Shown here: positions 12,075 through 24,365 of the stretch, piece after piece
How positions within the stretch are numbered: position 1 is the first letter of the stretch
Layout: each line of letters opens with the position of its first letter
Program-made: the position numbers and the translations under genes
The notes under the pieces: model-generated
What the model was told of the DNA's origin: nothing
What the model saw: only the letters and a program-made list of their open reading frames with translations
Database searches by the model: none
NCBI RefSeq assembly: GCF_006345805.1
Contig: NC_043016.1
Span: 8,494,001 to 8,558,000, forward strand
DNA: 64,000 nucleotides
Reading direction: 5' to 3'
Origin: Octopus sinensis
Taxonomy: Eukaryota

Positions 12075-14639
12075 AAATAAATGGATGAATGAATTATCCT
12101 TTGTTTACCGTTAACATGGAAAATTCAATAAACAGTTACCAGGATAGCAAAATTCACGCAAGTAATACGGATGAAGCGACCTATTCAAAGGTAGAAACTC
12201 CGGGTTAATGTGTGTAGTAATTTGTGTAGTATAAGTAAATAATGGAGTTGAATGCAGATATTATTAAAATTCTTTTAGTTTCGACATCTGTTTCGAAGAC
12301 AACATTGGTTTTATTCCAAGGAATAAACGGTGTAAAATGCAATCTTCTTATCAGGAAAGAAAGAGAGCCTATCTCAACAACAAGACATTAAAACAATTAC
12401 GATGACTGCCTAAATGATAAAAAGAATGTTATTAAGTATTTTAAAAAACCGTTTCAACGTCAAAGGCAGACCCTAGGAAGAGAAGGGGTAAAGAAATAAT
12501 AAGTAGAGAACAAATAAAGAGGGATAAATTGGTTGAAAAAATGTTCAAAGGCTTAGAAGTAGATTTCTCTATTGAAGTAAAGTGCAAGTTAAACTAAATG
12601 ATCAAACTACAAAGACTGGTAAAAATCACTTATATGAGCTAGAGGTATGTTTCTGCCAGTGCTTACATTTGTAAGATCGCTCTATAAGTGTGTTAACAAG
12701 GTGATTATTAGAGAAGAGAATATGGAAGAGTTCAGAGTTGCAAATGTTACAAAATCCTTTGCCCTTATCATAAGGGAAAGATATGGACAAGATGAACCAA
12801 TCTAACTTAAAATCTTTATTGTTGTCTTTAAGATGCCAAACCAATTTCCATAGCCCTGTACTATGACGTTTGCTGCTATCCCTAAATGATGAATAACGAT
12901 TGGAAATTCTCTGAGATAACTGGGAAGAGGATGCGCAAATGTAGTAGACATCGGTACCGCAAGAAATTTTACACTGGTATATAGAATTCTTGATCTTAGA
13001 ATTATTAGACATAAATTTAATTCTGTTGTGGTTGTCCTCAGAGACCAAAACCATGTTTTTATTGCTATTATTATTATTATGTGAGGGGTTGGAATTAACA
13101 AGATTAATGTTGGAACTCCCAGAAAATGAACTCTTATTTAGCAGACTGGTATTATGAGATGATATAATTTGTGAAAGATTCTTTGTGTTGGAGAAGGCAA
13201 CCATAACTATATGAGAGTTAATAATTGAATAATATCTAGAATTTTTTGGAAAGTTCTTACCAACCACTTCACGAAATTGCAAAGGAAGATTAGATTTAAT
13301 TTGTTTTCCAAACGGAATTACAAACCAGATAGTTTTCCTAGTAACATTCAAATTGTAAGTGGTATTATCTTTAAAGGATGGTGAAATACCTCTAGAGTGA
13401 AAAAAATGGGCTTAAATAATGCTTGCCTCCCTTATCCCATAAAGGAATTTTATTATGTTTTGCGTTATTTACAATATTAGAATTAAAAATCACTCTTATT
13501 ATTACAACTAGATTTTTTGTCTTGAACAGTAGAAGAAGGACGAGATTGAGCAGAATCAATGTATGTAACATTTTCTTTATACCCAGCTTTAACCAAGGCA
13601 GAGTTATAAAATTCTGCCTTGTCATTAAAAATATCAACATTGGCGGACAGTTTGGATAATCTAACTGAAATGTTTTTAACTAAATTCTTAGTAATTGCCC
13701 TAGCGTGATTACTGGAAGGACTAATATACTTGAGATTTGTGGAAGGTTTGTGGTATGGGAAGTACGAGTTATTTTGTAAATTAAGAGTGATATCTAAGAA
13801 GTTAGCTTTAGTTAACTCATCGTCAAAAATGATGTGAAAGCCCATTCTACGAAAAAAACCTAACTAATCTATTCTTAACCTTCTGTATTTTTTGATTTGA
13901 AATGTTTTGGAGGTAAAGCAGACAATCATCATGATATAGACCTCCACGGATGTCTGGGAACTGGTCAGCCATTTCATAAAGTATATATATTCCGACCAAA
14001 TCAGAAATTTGAGCAGAATCTGAACTTCCCATTAGGACATCGAATGCACTGGGAGTATCCTTCCGGACGCACAACTTATTATCGAACTTAATGAATGACT
14101 TTCTAGCAGCCAGTACCACATTAATTTCTTCTCTAGAGAGACCTGCTTTATTGTGTGCATGCCAGAGTGCCTTATTGAGTATAATAGGGTTGATTGATGA
14201 ATAGAAGCTAGATATATCAACTGAAAAAATTTAGAGTTAACCTTATTAGTAATAGAAGTCAGCCAATCTACAACTTGAAAAGAATTAGAGCATATGCTGA
14301 GTATTAATTTATTGATTAATGTAGGGATATACTTATCTAAGATGTATTTACTAAGTATACCGACGTCTGAGCTGGAAGGACATATAAGCTGTAATGATGG
14401 GTTAGTAAAAAAGTTCTGTTTGTGGTCTTTTAAAATAAACCGAGGTTGCCTCATTTAGGCAGTCATCGTAATTGTTATAATGTCTTGTTGTTGAGATAGG
14501 CTCTCTTTCTTTCCTGATGAGAAGATTGCATTTTACACCATTTATTCCTTTGGAATAAAACCAATGTTGTCTTCAAAACATATGTCGAAAGTAAAAGAAT
14601 TTTAATATCTGCGTTCAACTCCATTTATTTATTTACTTT

Positions 14640-14671
<32 letters not shown>

Positions 14672-15146
14672 TATATCTTTATATATATGTGTATATATAT
14701 ATATATGCATATATATATACATATATGTGCATATATGTACATATATACATATGCACATATGGATATATATACATATATACATGCATATATATATATATAT
14801 ATATGCACAGTCACAAGTAAATGCACAGTTACAAATACATACACATACACTCACTTATACACACATGCATAGAGACATATCTTGATATGCATATATGTAC
14901 TTTCTCATCATTCCTTCTCTCTGTCAACACACAAATACATTCAACACTGTTCATTATATACACAAACTACATGAGAGGATAATTCTTCTTAATATATTAT
15001 ATATATACACACACCACTCTATATATATTATATGTTCACTCACACATATATGTATATATACACATATATATATACACACATACACATACATATATGGGTG
15101 TATATATATATACCCACCTTGTCGCATTTATGTGCTTACTCTAGTA

Positions 15147-15181
<35 letters not shown>

Positions 15182-15270
15182 TATATATATATACATATAT
15201 ATATACACATATACGTATATATATATATACACACACACCACACACACACATATATATAACAGATATATAT
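12075..15270 (-). mobile_element. Penelope-like retroelement, copy 2 (tandem direct duplicate of 8862-12074, period about 3.22 kb)
   Basis: Identical 241-aa GIY-YIG ORF at 12626-13351. The differences I saw from copy 1 are almost all 1-2 nt indels. Confidence 0.92.
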
Positions 15271-15396
15271 ATACATAAATATATATGTATATATATATAT
15301 ATAATAAATGTGTGTGTGTGGTGTGTGTATATAATTATACTTTGTTCAATATTTCAAAGAAGTTTAGGGGAAGGAAGGACCAGATCAGATTCTGGG

Positions 15397-15440
<44 letters not shown>

Positions 15441-15441
15441 G

Positions 15442-15475
<34 letters not shown>

Positions 15476-15788
15476 CAGTAAACTATTAGGTATATCTCTA
15501 GAATGGAATCAAAGATCAAAAATTCTGCCAATGCACATAGAGTTCAATACATTTTTCTCTTTTTTTTTTTTTGTAGTTTCAAAAAATTTTTTCTCAATTA
15601 TTGTAATTTTTTTTGCTTTTTTTGTTGCATTTTTTTTTTTTATAAAAAATATAACAACTTATTTTTGACAGTCCACCAGCTTCTGATAATTTTCTTCAGT
15701 TATCAGTTAAATGAATATTTCAACTGAGAATTTAAGAAAAAAAAAAGAAAATTAGAAAAAAAAAACTCATGGAGACCAGTTGTTCCAG

Positions 15789-16173
15789 TTAAGACTTCTT
15801 CTTTACATCTCCGTTGCGACGGAAAATCTTTCCAAGAACTTTTTTCTTTCTGGACTTCTTTTTATCTTCTGTACTTTCAGTGGATTCCGTCTCAGAATCA
15901 CATCCTTCTTCCACGGTTAAAGGAAGTACCGATGAGCCGGTCATCCTTAAAGAACTTTCTGATTGCTTCCGTTGATCCAGCTCAGTCAAACTGGATTCCG
16001 AAGTGGATGAGATGAGGCTGTCAAAACGGTTACGAATGAGACTTTCAGATTTGGTCATCGGCATATATCCACTAGAACTGTAAACTTTTCCAGAGCCACT
16101 TGGTACCACTGTATTGACTGAAGAATAGCTTGGAGGTGGTGCCACATCATCATGACACAAAGAATGTGGAGGG
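15789..16173 (-). CDS. STIM: STIM last coding exon, ending in a polybasic tail (PPHSLCHDDVAPPPSY...KKKSRKKKVLGKIFRRNGDVKKKS*)
   Basis: Long pyrimidine tract and atcctag|C acceptor in the required phase; open frame to TAA at 15789. A Lys-rich C-terminus is typical of STIM proteins. Confidence 0.85.
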
Positions 16174-16434
16174 CTAGGATGAAATAAAAAAGGGTGAAAA
16201 AGTTATATAACAATAATGAAAATAATAATAATTTCAGCACATCATCATCATCAACAACATTTGACATTTTTTTTTCCATGCTAGCATACATTGGATGGCT
16301 TGGCAGGAACTGACAAGGCGGGGAGGGGGGGCATACTACACTCCAGTCAGTTTTGGCTTGATGCCCTTCCAAGTGCCAACCACTCCACAGAGTGTACTGG
16401 GTGCTCTTTATGTAGCACCATTGCCAGTACTTTT

Positions 16435-16862
16435 GGATCTTTTCGGTTTGAACGGCAGTTTTTTCTAGCGGTGTCATATGAAATTGTCACCCATAATTAT
16501 GACCCTAGTATCGATCTATTGCATTTCAATCTAATTTAGGGTTAGGGTTAGAGTTAGAGTTAGTTAGGGTTAGGGGTGGGGGAAGGGTATCTTTTTTTCT
16601 TCACAAAAGTAAATAAACCCAATCTGTTTCTTAAACGAGGGATATATTCATACCGGCACAGAATGTTTTCACCTCAATAGACGTCATTGATTGGTTGAAA
16701 TTGCAGAAATTGAAGAAAAAAAACAACAAATATCTTACAAACTATAGAATTTTCTCAATAAAGCCAAGAGAAAAAGATGTTTTATAAACACATTCTACCA
16801 GTATACGAAGTTAAAAATTTTCTAGTTACCTAGAAATTATGTTAAAGACTGCAGTTCAAACC
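16435..16862. mobile_element. Second copy of the TTAGGG-containing MITE (right TIR truncated)
   Basis: Near-identical to 29576-29980, with a longer (TTAGGG/TTAGAG)n tract at about 16535-16575. Confidence 0.88.
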
Positions 16863-17040
16863 AACAGCAGCAACAATAATGTGCTGTTTATCTTGATATA
16901 AGATCACCATCTCACACACATGTGGTTATGACACATGTGCCTAGTGTACCCTTATCAGACGGGTAGTCATGATGGGTATACTGGGCTTCATACATTTGTA
17001 CCCCAGCGTCACTTTGATGGCATGCACTGCTCTCTCACTC

Positions 17041-17072
<32 letters not shown>

Positions 17073-17374
17073 TAAATTCCCTGATGCAGTACCAAGCAGT
17101 GGCTCGCAAGCCTTCTGATCTTAACTGATTGGAAATGCTATCATATACATATTTTATGTTGGCTTAAAAATATTCTGCTCAGTACCACAGATTTGCTTGT
17201 CAGTTGCTTGAGTTAAACCAACTGAGCATGTTCATTAGTGGCTGACAATGTGTGCATCTCTTATCATGAGCAGGAATAGTTGGGTAGAATCATGAAAATG
17301 TGTTGAAAGGAATTTTTGGGGGGTTTTAAATAATTCACCTCTGAAAACATGGGTGTTTTGTTCATCATCCTTAA

Positions 17375-17595
17375 CCCTTTCATTACCAACCCAGCTGAAA
17401 CCGCCTCTGGCTCTGTAGTACAAATGTCTTGTTTTCTTAAGTTTTGATTTAATATCTTCCACCAGACCTTTGTCACAATTTATGTTACTGACACTAGCTA
17501 AATGGTAACTAAGTTATTTTTCTAAATTCTTTGTCATATTTAAAATAATTGAAAGAAACACAGAGCATCTCAAAATAAATATGGTAATGAAAGGG
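17375..17595. mobile_element. piggyBac-type MITE (TTAA target, CCC...GGG ends), nested in another repeat
   Basis: ttaa|CCCTTTCATTAC ... GTAATGAAAGGG|ttaa. Confidence 0.8.
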
Positions 17596-17898
17596 TTAAA
17601 CATCCCTTATTCGAGGACTTTGAGTGGGCTGGGTTACTGAACTTGGAGAAAATTCTAAGAGAAATCAGTTAGTGCAAGGTCATACACTGTATATCTTGAT
17701 AAGAAATCACCATGTTGCACATATATGATTGTGACACATGTGCCTGGAGTACCGTTATCAGACAGGTAGTCGTGTTGGGTATATTTGTACCCCAGTGATC
17801 TTTGATGGCATACACTGCTCTCTCTCACTCAATAATAATAATAATGATGGTAGCTCCAGTCAATTTCAAAGTATGAATGTTTGAAGGAGAAGATTTAA

Positions 17899-18119
17899 CC
17901 CTTTCGTTACTGTATTTCTGTTGAGATGCTCTGTGTTTCTTTCAATTATATTTAAATATAACAAAGAATTTAGTAAAATAACTTAGTTATCACTAAGCTT
18001 GTGTTAGGAACATAAATTGTGACTAAGGTTTGGTGGAAGATTTTAATTCAAAACTTATGAAAACAAGACATTTGTACTCTGAGCCAGGGCCGGTTTCAGC
18101 CGGGTTGGTATCAAAAGAG
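17899..18119. mobile_element. piggyBac-type MITE, inverted relative to 17375-17595
   Basis: ttaa|CCCTTTCG ... AAAAGAG|ttaa; its sequence is the reverse complement of the 17375 copy. Confidence 0.8.
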
Positions 18120-19720
18120 TTAAAGAAAGTGAGAAAAAGAGAAAACAACTTTGAAAGGGATAGAAGCTGCTGCATCTATATGTGATGGATGTGTAGATGT
18201 AAACTGAGTCCAAACATGGATTTTGCTATGTAGTCACAAAGGGGACACTAGCGATTTTGATTTTGCCTGGGATCAGGCAAATGTGTCTGTCGATTGCAGG
18301 ATATAATTATTTTAATGTTCTTCACAATAACAGTAATGGTTTCAAATTTTCACACAAGTCCAGTATTTTCAAAGAAAGGATTGAGGTAATTAAATCAATG
18401 TCAGTACTCCTCTGGTACTTATTTTATTGATCCCAGATGGATGAAAGGCAAAGTCAACTTCGGCTGAATATGAACTCAGAACGTGAAGACGGATGAAATG
18501 CTGGTAAGTTTTTTGCCAGGCATGTTTAAAAATTTTACTTGTTTCAGTGATAATGGAGAACAGCCTTTGAAGGGCTTTAGTCAAACAGGTTGACCCAATG
18601 CTGTTTTTTAAAACGTGGTACTTATTCCATTGGCCACTTTTGTTGAACCGCTAAGTTACGGGGACATAAACAAACCAATACTGATTATCAAGTGATGGGC
18701 AGGGGACAAACACTGACACACACACACACATGTATAATTATCATTAAATATAACTGACGGTGTTAGAAACACCTACACTGCTAGAAATAAGAGCTGAAGG
18801 GATCTGTTGCTGCTGTCAACACATATAAATTGTATAGGTACATGCTAGCAGCAACCATAAATGGCCGGAAAGTGGCGATCGTGATATCACTTTACTGTAC
18901 AGTTTCAGATTTAGACTGAAAGCATTATCAGAAGGGTCAGCACAAATCAACCAGATTCCGGACATTGCCACGAGTATATATGTCTACACCATAAAAATTT
19001 ATGGATGATTTTAGCGAATCACTAACGTGTAAAGAAATAATTATATATACATTTTTATCAATATCTAGCAGAAGTGACAGAGTGACTCAAGGTCTGAAAG
19101 TTTTGCGCATTCAATGCAAAAAAACGCTTGGACCTTGAGTCACTTCGTTACTTCTACTAAATATTAATATATATCATCATCATCATCATTTAACGTCCGT
19201 TTTCCATGCTAGCATGGGTTGGACGGTTCGACCGGGGTCTGGGAAGCCATGGAGGCTGTCTGATTTGGCAGTGTTTCTACAGCTGGATGCCCTTCCTAAC
19301 GCCAACCACTCCGTGAGTGTAGTGGGTGTTTTTTACGTGCCACCAGCACAGGGGCCAGAGCAGGCTGGCAAACGGCCATGATCGGTTGGTGCTTTTACGT
19401 GTCACCGACATGGACGCCAGTCAGGCGGCGCTGGCATCTGCTACATTCGGATGGTGCTTTTTTATGTGTCACTGGCACGGGTGTCTTAACTACAATTTCC
19501 ATTTGAATTTTTATTTTGATGTTGACGTACTTTACTCAATAGGTCTCCTCATACACATATATATATATATGTATATATATATAATAAAATAATAATAATG
19601 AAATTATTGTATACAGTGCTCATGTACACCACAACTTGTCAAAAGTGCATATAAAGCATATGCAGTAATGTACAAATGTCTGGAAAGCAAACAATGTGTG
19701 AGTCAGATACATGCTTGCAT

Positions 19721-19966
19721 GTGTATGGAGGGGAGAAAATCAGGTGTAGTGTTGGCGAATCTCAGGAAGCATGGAAGTTTTGAAGGATGCAGTGCTCCGA
19801 CAACTAACAACTGATGCCGGCAGTTTGTTCCATGCTTCAGCGTGTGTATGGAGGGGAGAAAATCAGGTGTAGTGTTGGCGAATCTCAGGAAGCATGGAAG
19901 TTTTGAAGGGTGCAGTGCTCCAACAACTAACAACTGATGCCGGCAGTCTGTTCCATGCTTCAGCAA
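19721..19966. repeat. Two tandem copies of a 123-bp segment
   Basis: gtgtatggaggggagaaaatcagg... starts at 19721 and again at 19844. Confidence 0.9.
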
Positions 19967-20279
19967 CTCTTAGCGTGTATATATACAAGCCAGTCCAGTG
20001 TCCTAATGTGGTCACATGCTGTAGAATAACAAGGCCACAAGACTGCCTTAAAATACAGCACTCTACATTCCTATTCAGTCTTCCCTGACAATATATTTTT
20101 TTTCTTTTTACTTGTTTCAGTCATTTTGACTGCAGCCATGCTGGAGCACCGCCTTTAATCGAGCAACTCGACCCCGGGACTTAGTCTTTGTAAGCCCAGC
20201 ACTTATTCTATCGGTCTCTTTTGCCGAACCGCTAAGTGATGGGGGACATAAACACAGACACACAAAACATACACACACA

Positions 20280-20328
<49 letters not shown>

Positions 20329-20476
20329 TACAACGGCTTCTTTCAGTTTCCGTCTAGGCTTTGGTCGGCCCAAGGCTAGAGTAGAAGACATTTGCCCAAG
20401 GTGCCACGCAGTGGGACTGAACCCGGAACCATGTGGTTGCTAAGCAAGCTACTTACCACACAGCCACTCCTGCGCC

Positions 20477-20509
<33 letters not shown>

Positions 20510-20653
20510 TAGCTTGAGATTAAGAAGTTTGTTTTGCAACTATGTGATTTCAGGATGAGTTCCACTGTATGACACCTTGGGCAACCATCATCTACCATAG
20601 CCACCAGGCTATCCGGTGCTTTGTGAGTGAAATTTGGTAAACAAGAACTTGCT

Positions 20654-20696
<43 letters not shown>

Positions 20697-20889
20697 CCAT
20701 ATCAGCCTTTATGTTCGTGTATAACTAGAAATCAACAAAATAAACATCAAACTTTAAAATATGTATGTGGGTCAATTTGATCAAGTGAACCATTGAAGGT
20801 GATGCCCCAGTATGGCCACAGTCCAATGACTGAAACCAACAGAAAAAGTGAAAGACTATATGTGTCTCTGTGTGTTTGTATGAATTTAC

Positions 20890-21046
20890 CTTTCTCCAAG
20901 GTGGAAAGTGACTTCTGATTCCGGGCTTATTGGGCTTCCGCCTGAATGATTAGAAATAGTATCTATAGATCTCCGATTCAGAGATGAGCTAAGATTTTTG
21001 GGATAGGTCTGTAGATCTTTACTTGAAGGAGTTTTCGCAGGGAAAC
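20890..21046 (-). CDS. STIM: STIM exon: Ser/Pro-rich C-terminal region (GFPAKTPSSKDLQTYPKNLSSSLNRRSIDTISNHSGGSPISPESEVTFHLGES)
   Basis: Acceptor ttctttgcatttccag|GT, donor AG|gtaaat; 157 nt, phase 1/2, which exactly bridges the flanking STIM exons. No residue-level homology recognised. Confidence 0.8.
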
Positions 21047-21645
21047 CTGGAAATGCAAAGAAAATATAATAATGAATATGATAAATATTGTTTACTTGGC
21101 AATAAATTCTCAATATCATTTAAATATCAACAGAAAAAAAAAAACTTTTTTCAACAATATAATTAAAATACAAAGTCTGATCATTCCTCACCATCACCAT
21201 CATCATCATCATCACTATCATCATCATTATTATTTTAATGTTCACTTTTTCTTTTTTAATGTTTACATAAGTCAATGAATTCATCAAGGTAGATTTTTTT
21301 TAATTGTCAGATGCTCTTCCTGTCATCAACACTCACTTGTTTCCAAGCAAGATATTATTTTCCCCTTGCCAGACATCATCATCATTTAACACTCATTTTC
21401 CATGCTAGCATGGGTCGGATGGTTTGACGGGAGCTGGCAAACCAGAGAGCTGTCCAGGCTCCAATTGTCTTTTTCTGACAAGGTTTCTACAGCTGGATGC
21501 CCTTCCTAGCAGCACCAACCACTTTGCAGAATCTACCAGGTGCTTTTTTTTTATGAGAACCAGACATGTTTACACAAAAGATTGGATATTGAGGATTCCA
21601 CTTGAATGACAGTGACACTCACAACTGTCAAGTGATGTCAAGACG

Positions 21646-21701
<56 letters not shown>

Positions 21702-23481
21702 CAGGCTTCTTTCTGCTTATCAAATGCATTCATAAGGCTTTGGTTGGCCCAGTGCTATGTAGCTGACACTTGGGCAAGGTGTTTTTCTGTGAGACTGAAC
21801 AAGAAACTCTGTGGTTGGCAAGCTAACTTTTTAACCATTCAGTCGTGAACACATCTTCAGAAGTGTAAATTCATTAATGCATTCACTTTCACTTATCCTT
21901 GGAAAATATCATAAAACATCATTGAAAATATAGAAGCCGTAGGCTTTGGAGTGGCTGTGAGGTAAGTAGCTTGCTTACCAACCACATGGTTCCGGATTCA
22001 GTCCCACTGCATGGCACCTTGGGCAGGTGTCTTCTACTATAGCCTCAGGGTGACCAATGCCTTGTGAGTGGATTTGGTAGACGGAAACTGAAAGAAGCCT
22101 GTCGTATATATGTATACATGTGTGTATGTTTGTGTGTGTGTGTCCCCCGCCCAACATTGCTTGACAACCGATGCTGGTGTGTTTACATCCCCGTAACTTA
22201 GTGGTTCGGCAAAAGAGGTTGATATAATAAGTACTAGGCTTACAAAGTCCTGGGGTCTATTTGCTCGACTAAAGGCAGTGCTCCAGCATGACCACAGTCA
22301 AATGACTGAAACAAGTCAAAGGGTAAAAGAGTAAGAGCCATTTGTAACTTAGCTATGAGGTCGCACATTTGTGAGAAAAAAAACGATCAAATGTATTGAC
22401 CTCCCAGTATTAAACTGGTACCTATTCTATCAACTTTAAAAGAGTTCTAAAAGCAAAGTGGGATTAAGGCAAGAGAATTGCAAATACACACAACTAAATG
22501 GGAGAAAATACATTTTCACATGTTCTACTGATGCTGTCAATAATAAAATGTCGAATTATATTATGGATTGCAGTTTCAAATATACAGAAATTAACAAATT
22601 TCAAATTAAATTTTTTCTGCTCTCTTCATGGATTCCTGTTTAATATATATTTCATCATCTTACAAATTTTGACTGTAAAAAAAAAATTTTTAAATAAAAA
22701 CACGTGAAGCAACACATGAAGTATCTGAGGTTTTGTTAGTGCGTGTGATCCACAATGACTGTTGGTGAGATTTTTACATCCACTTTTCCACGCTGTCATG
22801 AATTAGAGGAGTTGCCACAGTATGGGCCAATTCTTATTCAGAGTTAACTGTCCTTCTAGAACGGTTGGGATCACATCTCCCAATTATGTTGCATTTTCGA
22901 CATGAAGGACTATAGACTGATGCGGTTCCTGTCACCAATTCTCATTGATTTACTGTAGCAGAGAGCCACGATCCTTCCCTGTCCTTTGTAGCTGTAATAA
23001 TCAGTGGTGACTGTGGATAAAAGGAGAGATCCCAAGAATGGAAATCCTATGCAGAATTTCAAATCAGAATAGAAAGAGCCGGAACAGATGATAAAAGACA
23101 TCTCATCTAATATTAGTAATGCTTCCAACCCATTACTTACTTAGGGCAAGCACTTTGTTGGTACAAAAAATATGAAAGGCAAAGTTGAACCCAGCAGGAT
23201 TTGAATTCAAAGTCTAAAAACCAAGACAAATACTGCAAGTTATTTTACCAATAGTCTTAATGATTGCACCAGGCCACCATCTTCATACATACATACATAC
23301 ATACATACGTACATACATACATGCACTCATACATATGTATACACACACATACCTACAAACATGCACACACACACATACATACACACATATAGGGAGAGTT
23401 TACGAAAAAAAACAAAAGACGAAGGCAGGTGGTGTACAAACAAACAGATGTATTAGTATTATGCTCAGGAATAGAAAAAGT

Positions 23482-23517
23482 CTTTTATGTTTCGAGCCTA
23501 CGCTCTTCTACAGAAAG
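23482..23517 (-). ncRNA. Degenerate minimal hammerhead motif in a short Penelope-type terminal remnant (about 23400-23570)
   Basis: CTTT-CTGTAGA-A-GAGC GTAG GCTC-GAAAC-ATA-AAAG. Core A6 and the GU site deviate. Confidence 0.6.
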
Positions 23518-23579
23518 GTACACAGAAAACAAGGAGAGAAAAAAATGTGTGTAGTGGCTAACGATCTATCATACATACA

Positions 23580-24040
23580 TACATGATGGCTACCCCCTTG
23601 TTATCAATTATGGCCATTGCACGAAGCTTAACTGTTACTGGTGCTGTGATCGAATGTGACATTTTAGCCCAGTTAAAGATCTACAATGTCTTGTACAGAA
23701 CTGGCAGCTAAAACCTTTACCGGTAATAGCCGGCTGTAGTTGTAACTGGGCTTCATGTACCTTTGCATGTCGTTTAAGTCCTCCTGCCGAATTACACTTT
23801 CTTCCACATGCCTGACAGATATGATTAGTATGGTATGTAACACCACCACCAGTGGCCAGGTTGTCACTCATCTGTCTTGCTTTATGACTACGAAGATGAC
23901 TCTTGAGTCCAGCTTTACTGAGGCAGGGTCTTGCCATGTTAGCTAACCTGATCTCAACTACAACTTTAATCTTTAAGCTCTTCAGCACCATTAACTGTTC
24001 ACCAATATGTCAAGCCGTTCCAGAAAAAAGAAAGAGACAA
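23580..24040 (-). mobile_element. 3' end of an RTE-type LINE encoding C2H2-like zinc fingers (two complete, one decayed), followed by a short 3'UTR and (ATGT)n tail
   Basis: ORF 23635-23991: ARPCLSKAGLKSHLRSH, CQACGRKCNSAGGLKRHAKVH, CQFCTRHCRSLTGLKCHIRSQH. No TGEKP linkers; a microsatellite tail starts about 50 nt after the stop. Confidence 0.65.
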
Positions 24041-24115
24041 AAAAATGCCAAATTTAGCCCAGCCTGTGTATATAATCACATTGTCTTGAAGTTTGTAAAT
24101 TCTTATGACATCAAG

Positions 24116-24156
<41 letters not shown>

Positions 24157-24300
24157 ATGGCATTTTAATAATACTATCCCTATATTTATTTATAAATGAC
24201 TTTCCACATTTCATTTGTTCCTACAGTGCTTGGTCACTCCAAACGAATTTTTGCAGGCATGGTGGGGGGAGAACGTTAGTAGTAATTTAGATGGCGGACT

Positions 24301-24365
24301 TTGGCTGATGAGAAATCAGGCACCTATTTGGCGCTAAATTTCGAAACTGGTACCAAGTTGACCAG
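24301..24365 (+). ncRNA. Hammerhead ribozyme motif (core intact, stem I damaged)
   Basis: CTGATGA-GAAAT...ATTTC-GAAA-CTGGTACCAAG-TT. Near-palindromic stem III; the 5' strand of stem I appears to lack 2 nt. Confidence 0.7.

Noticed and set aside
16535-16580. TTAGGG tract as a telomere or fusion scar
   Set aside because: It is short and internal to a TIR-bounded MITE that recurs at 29576.
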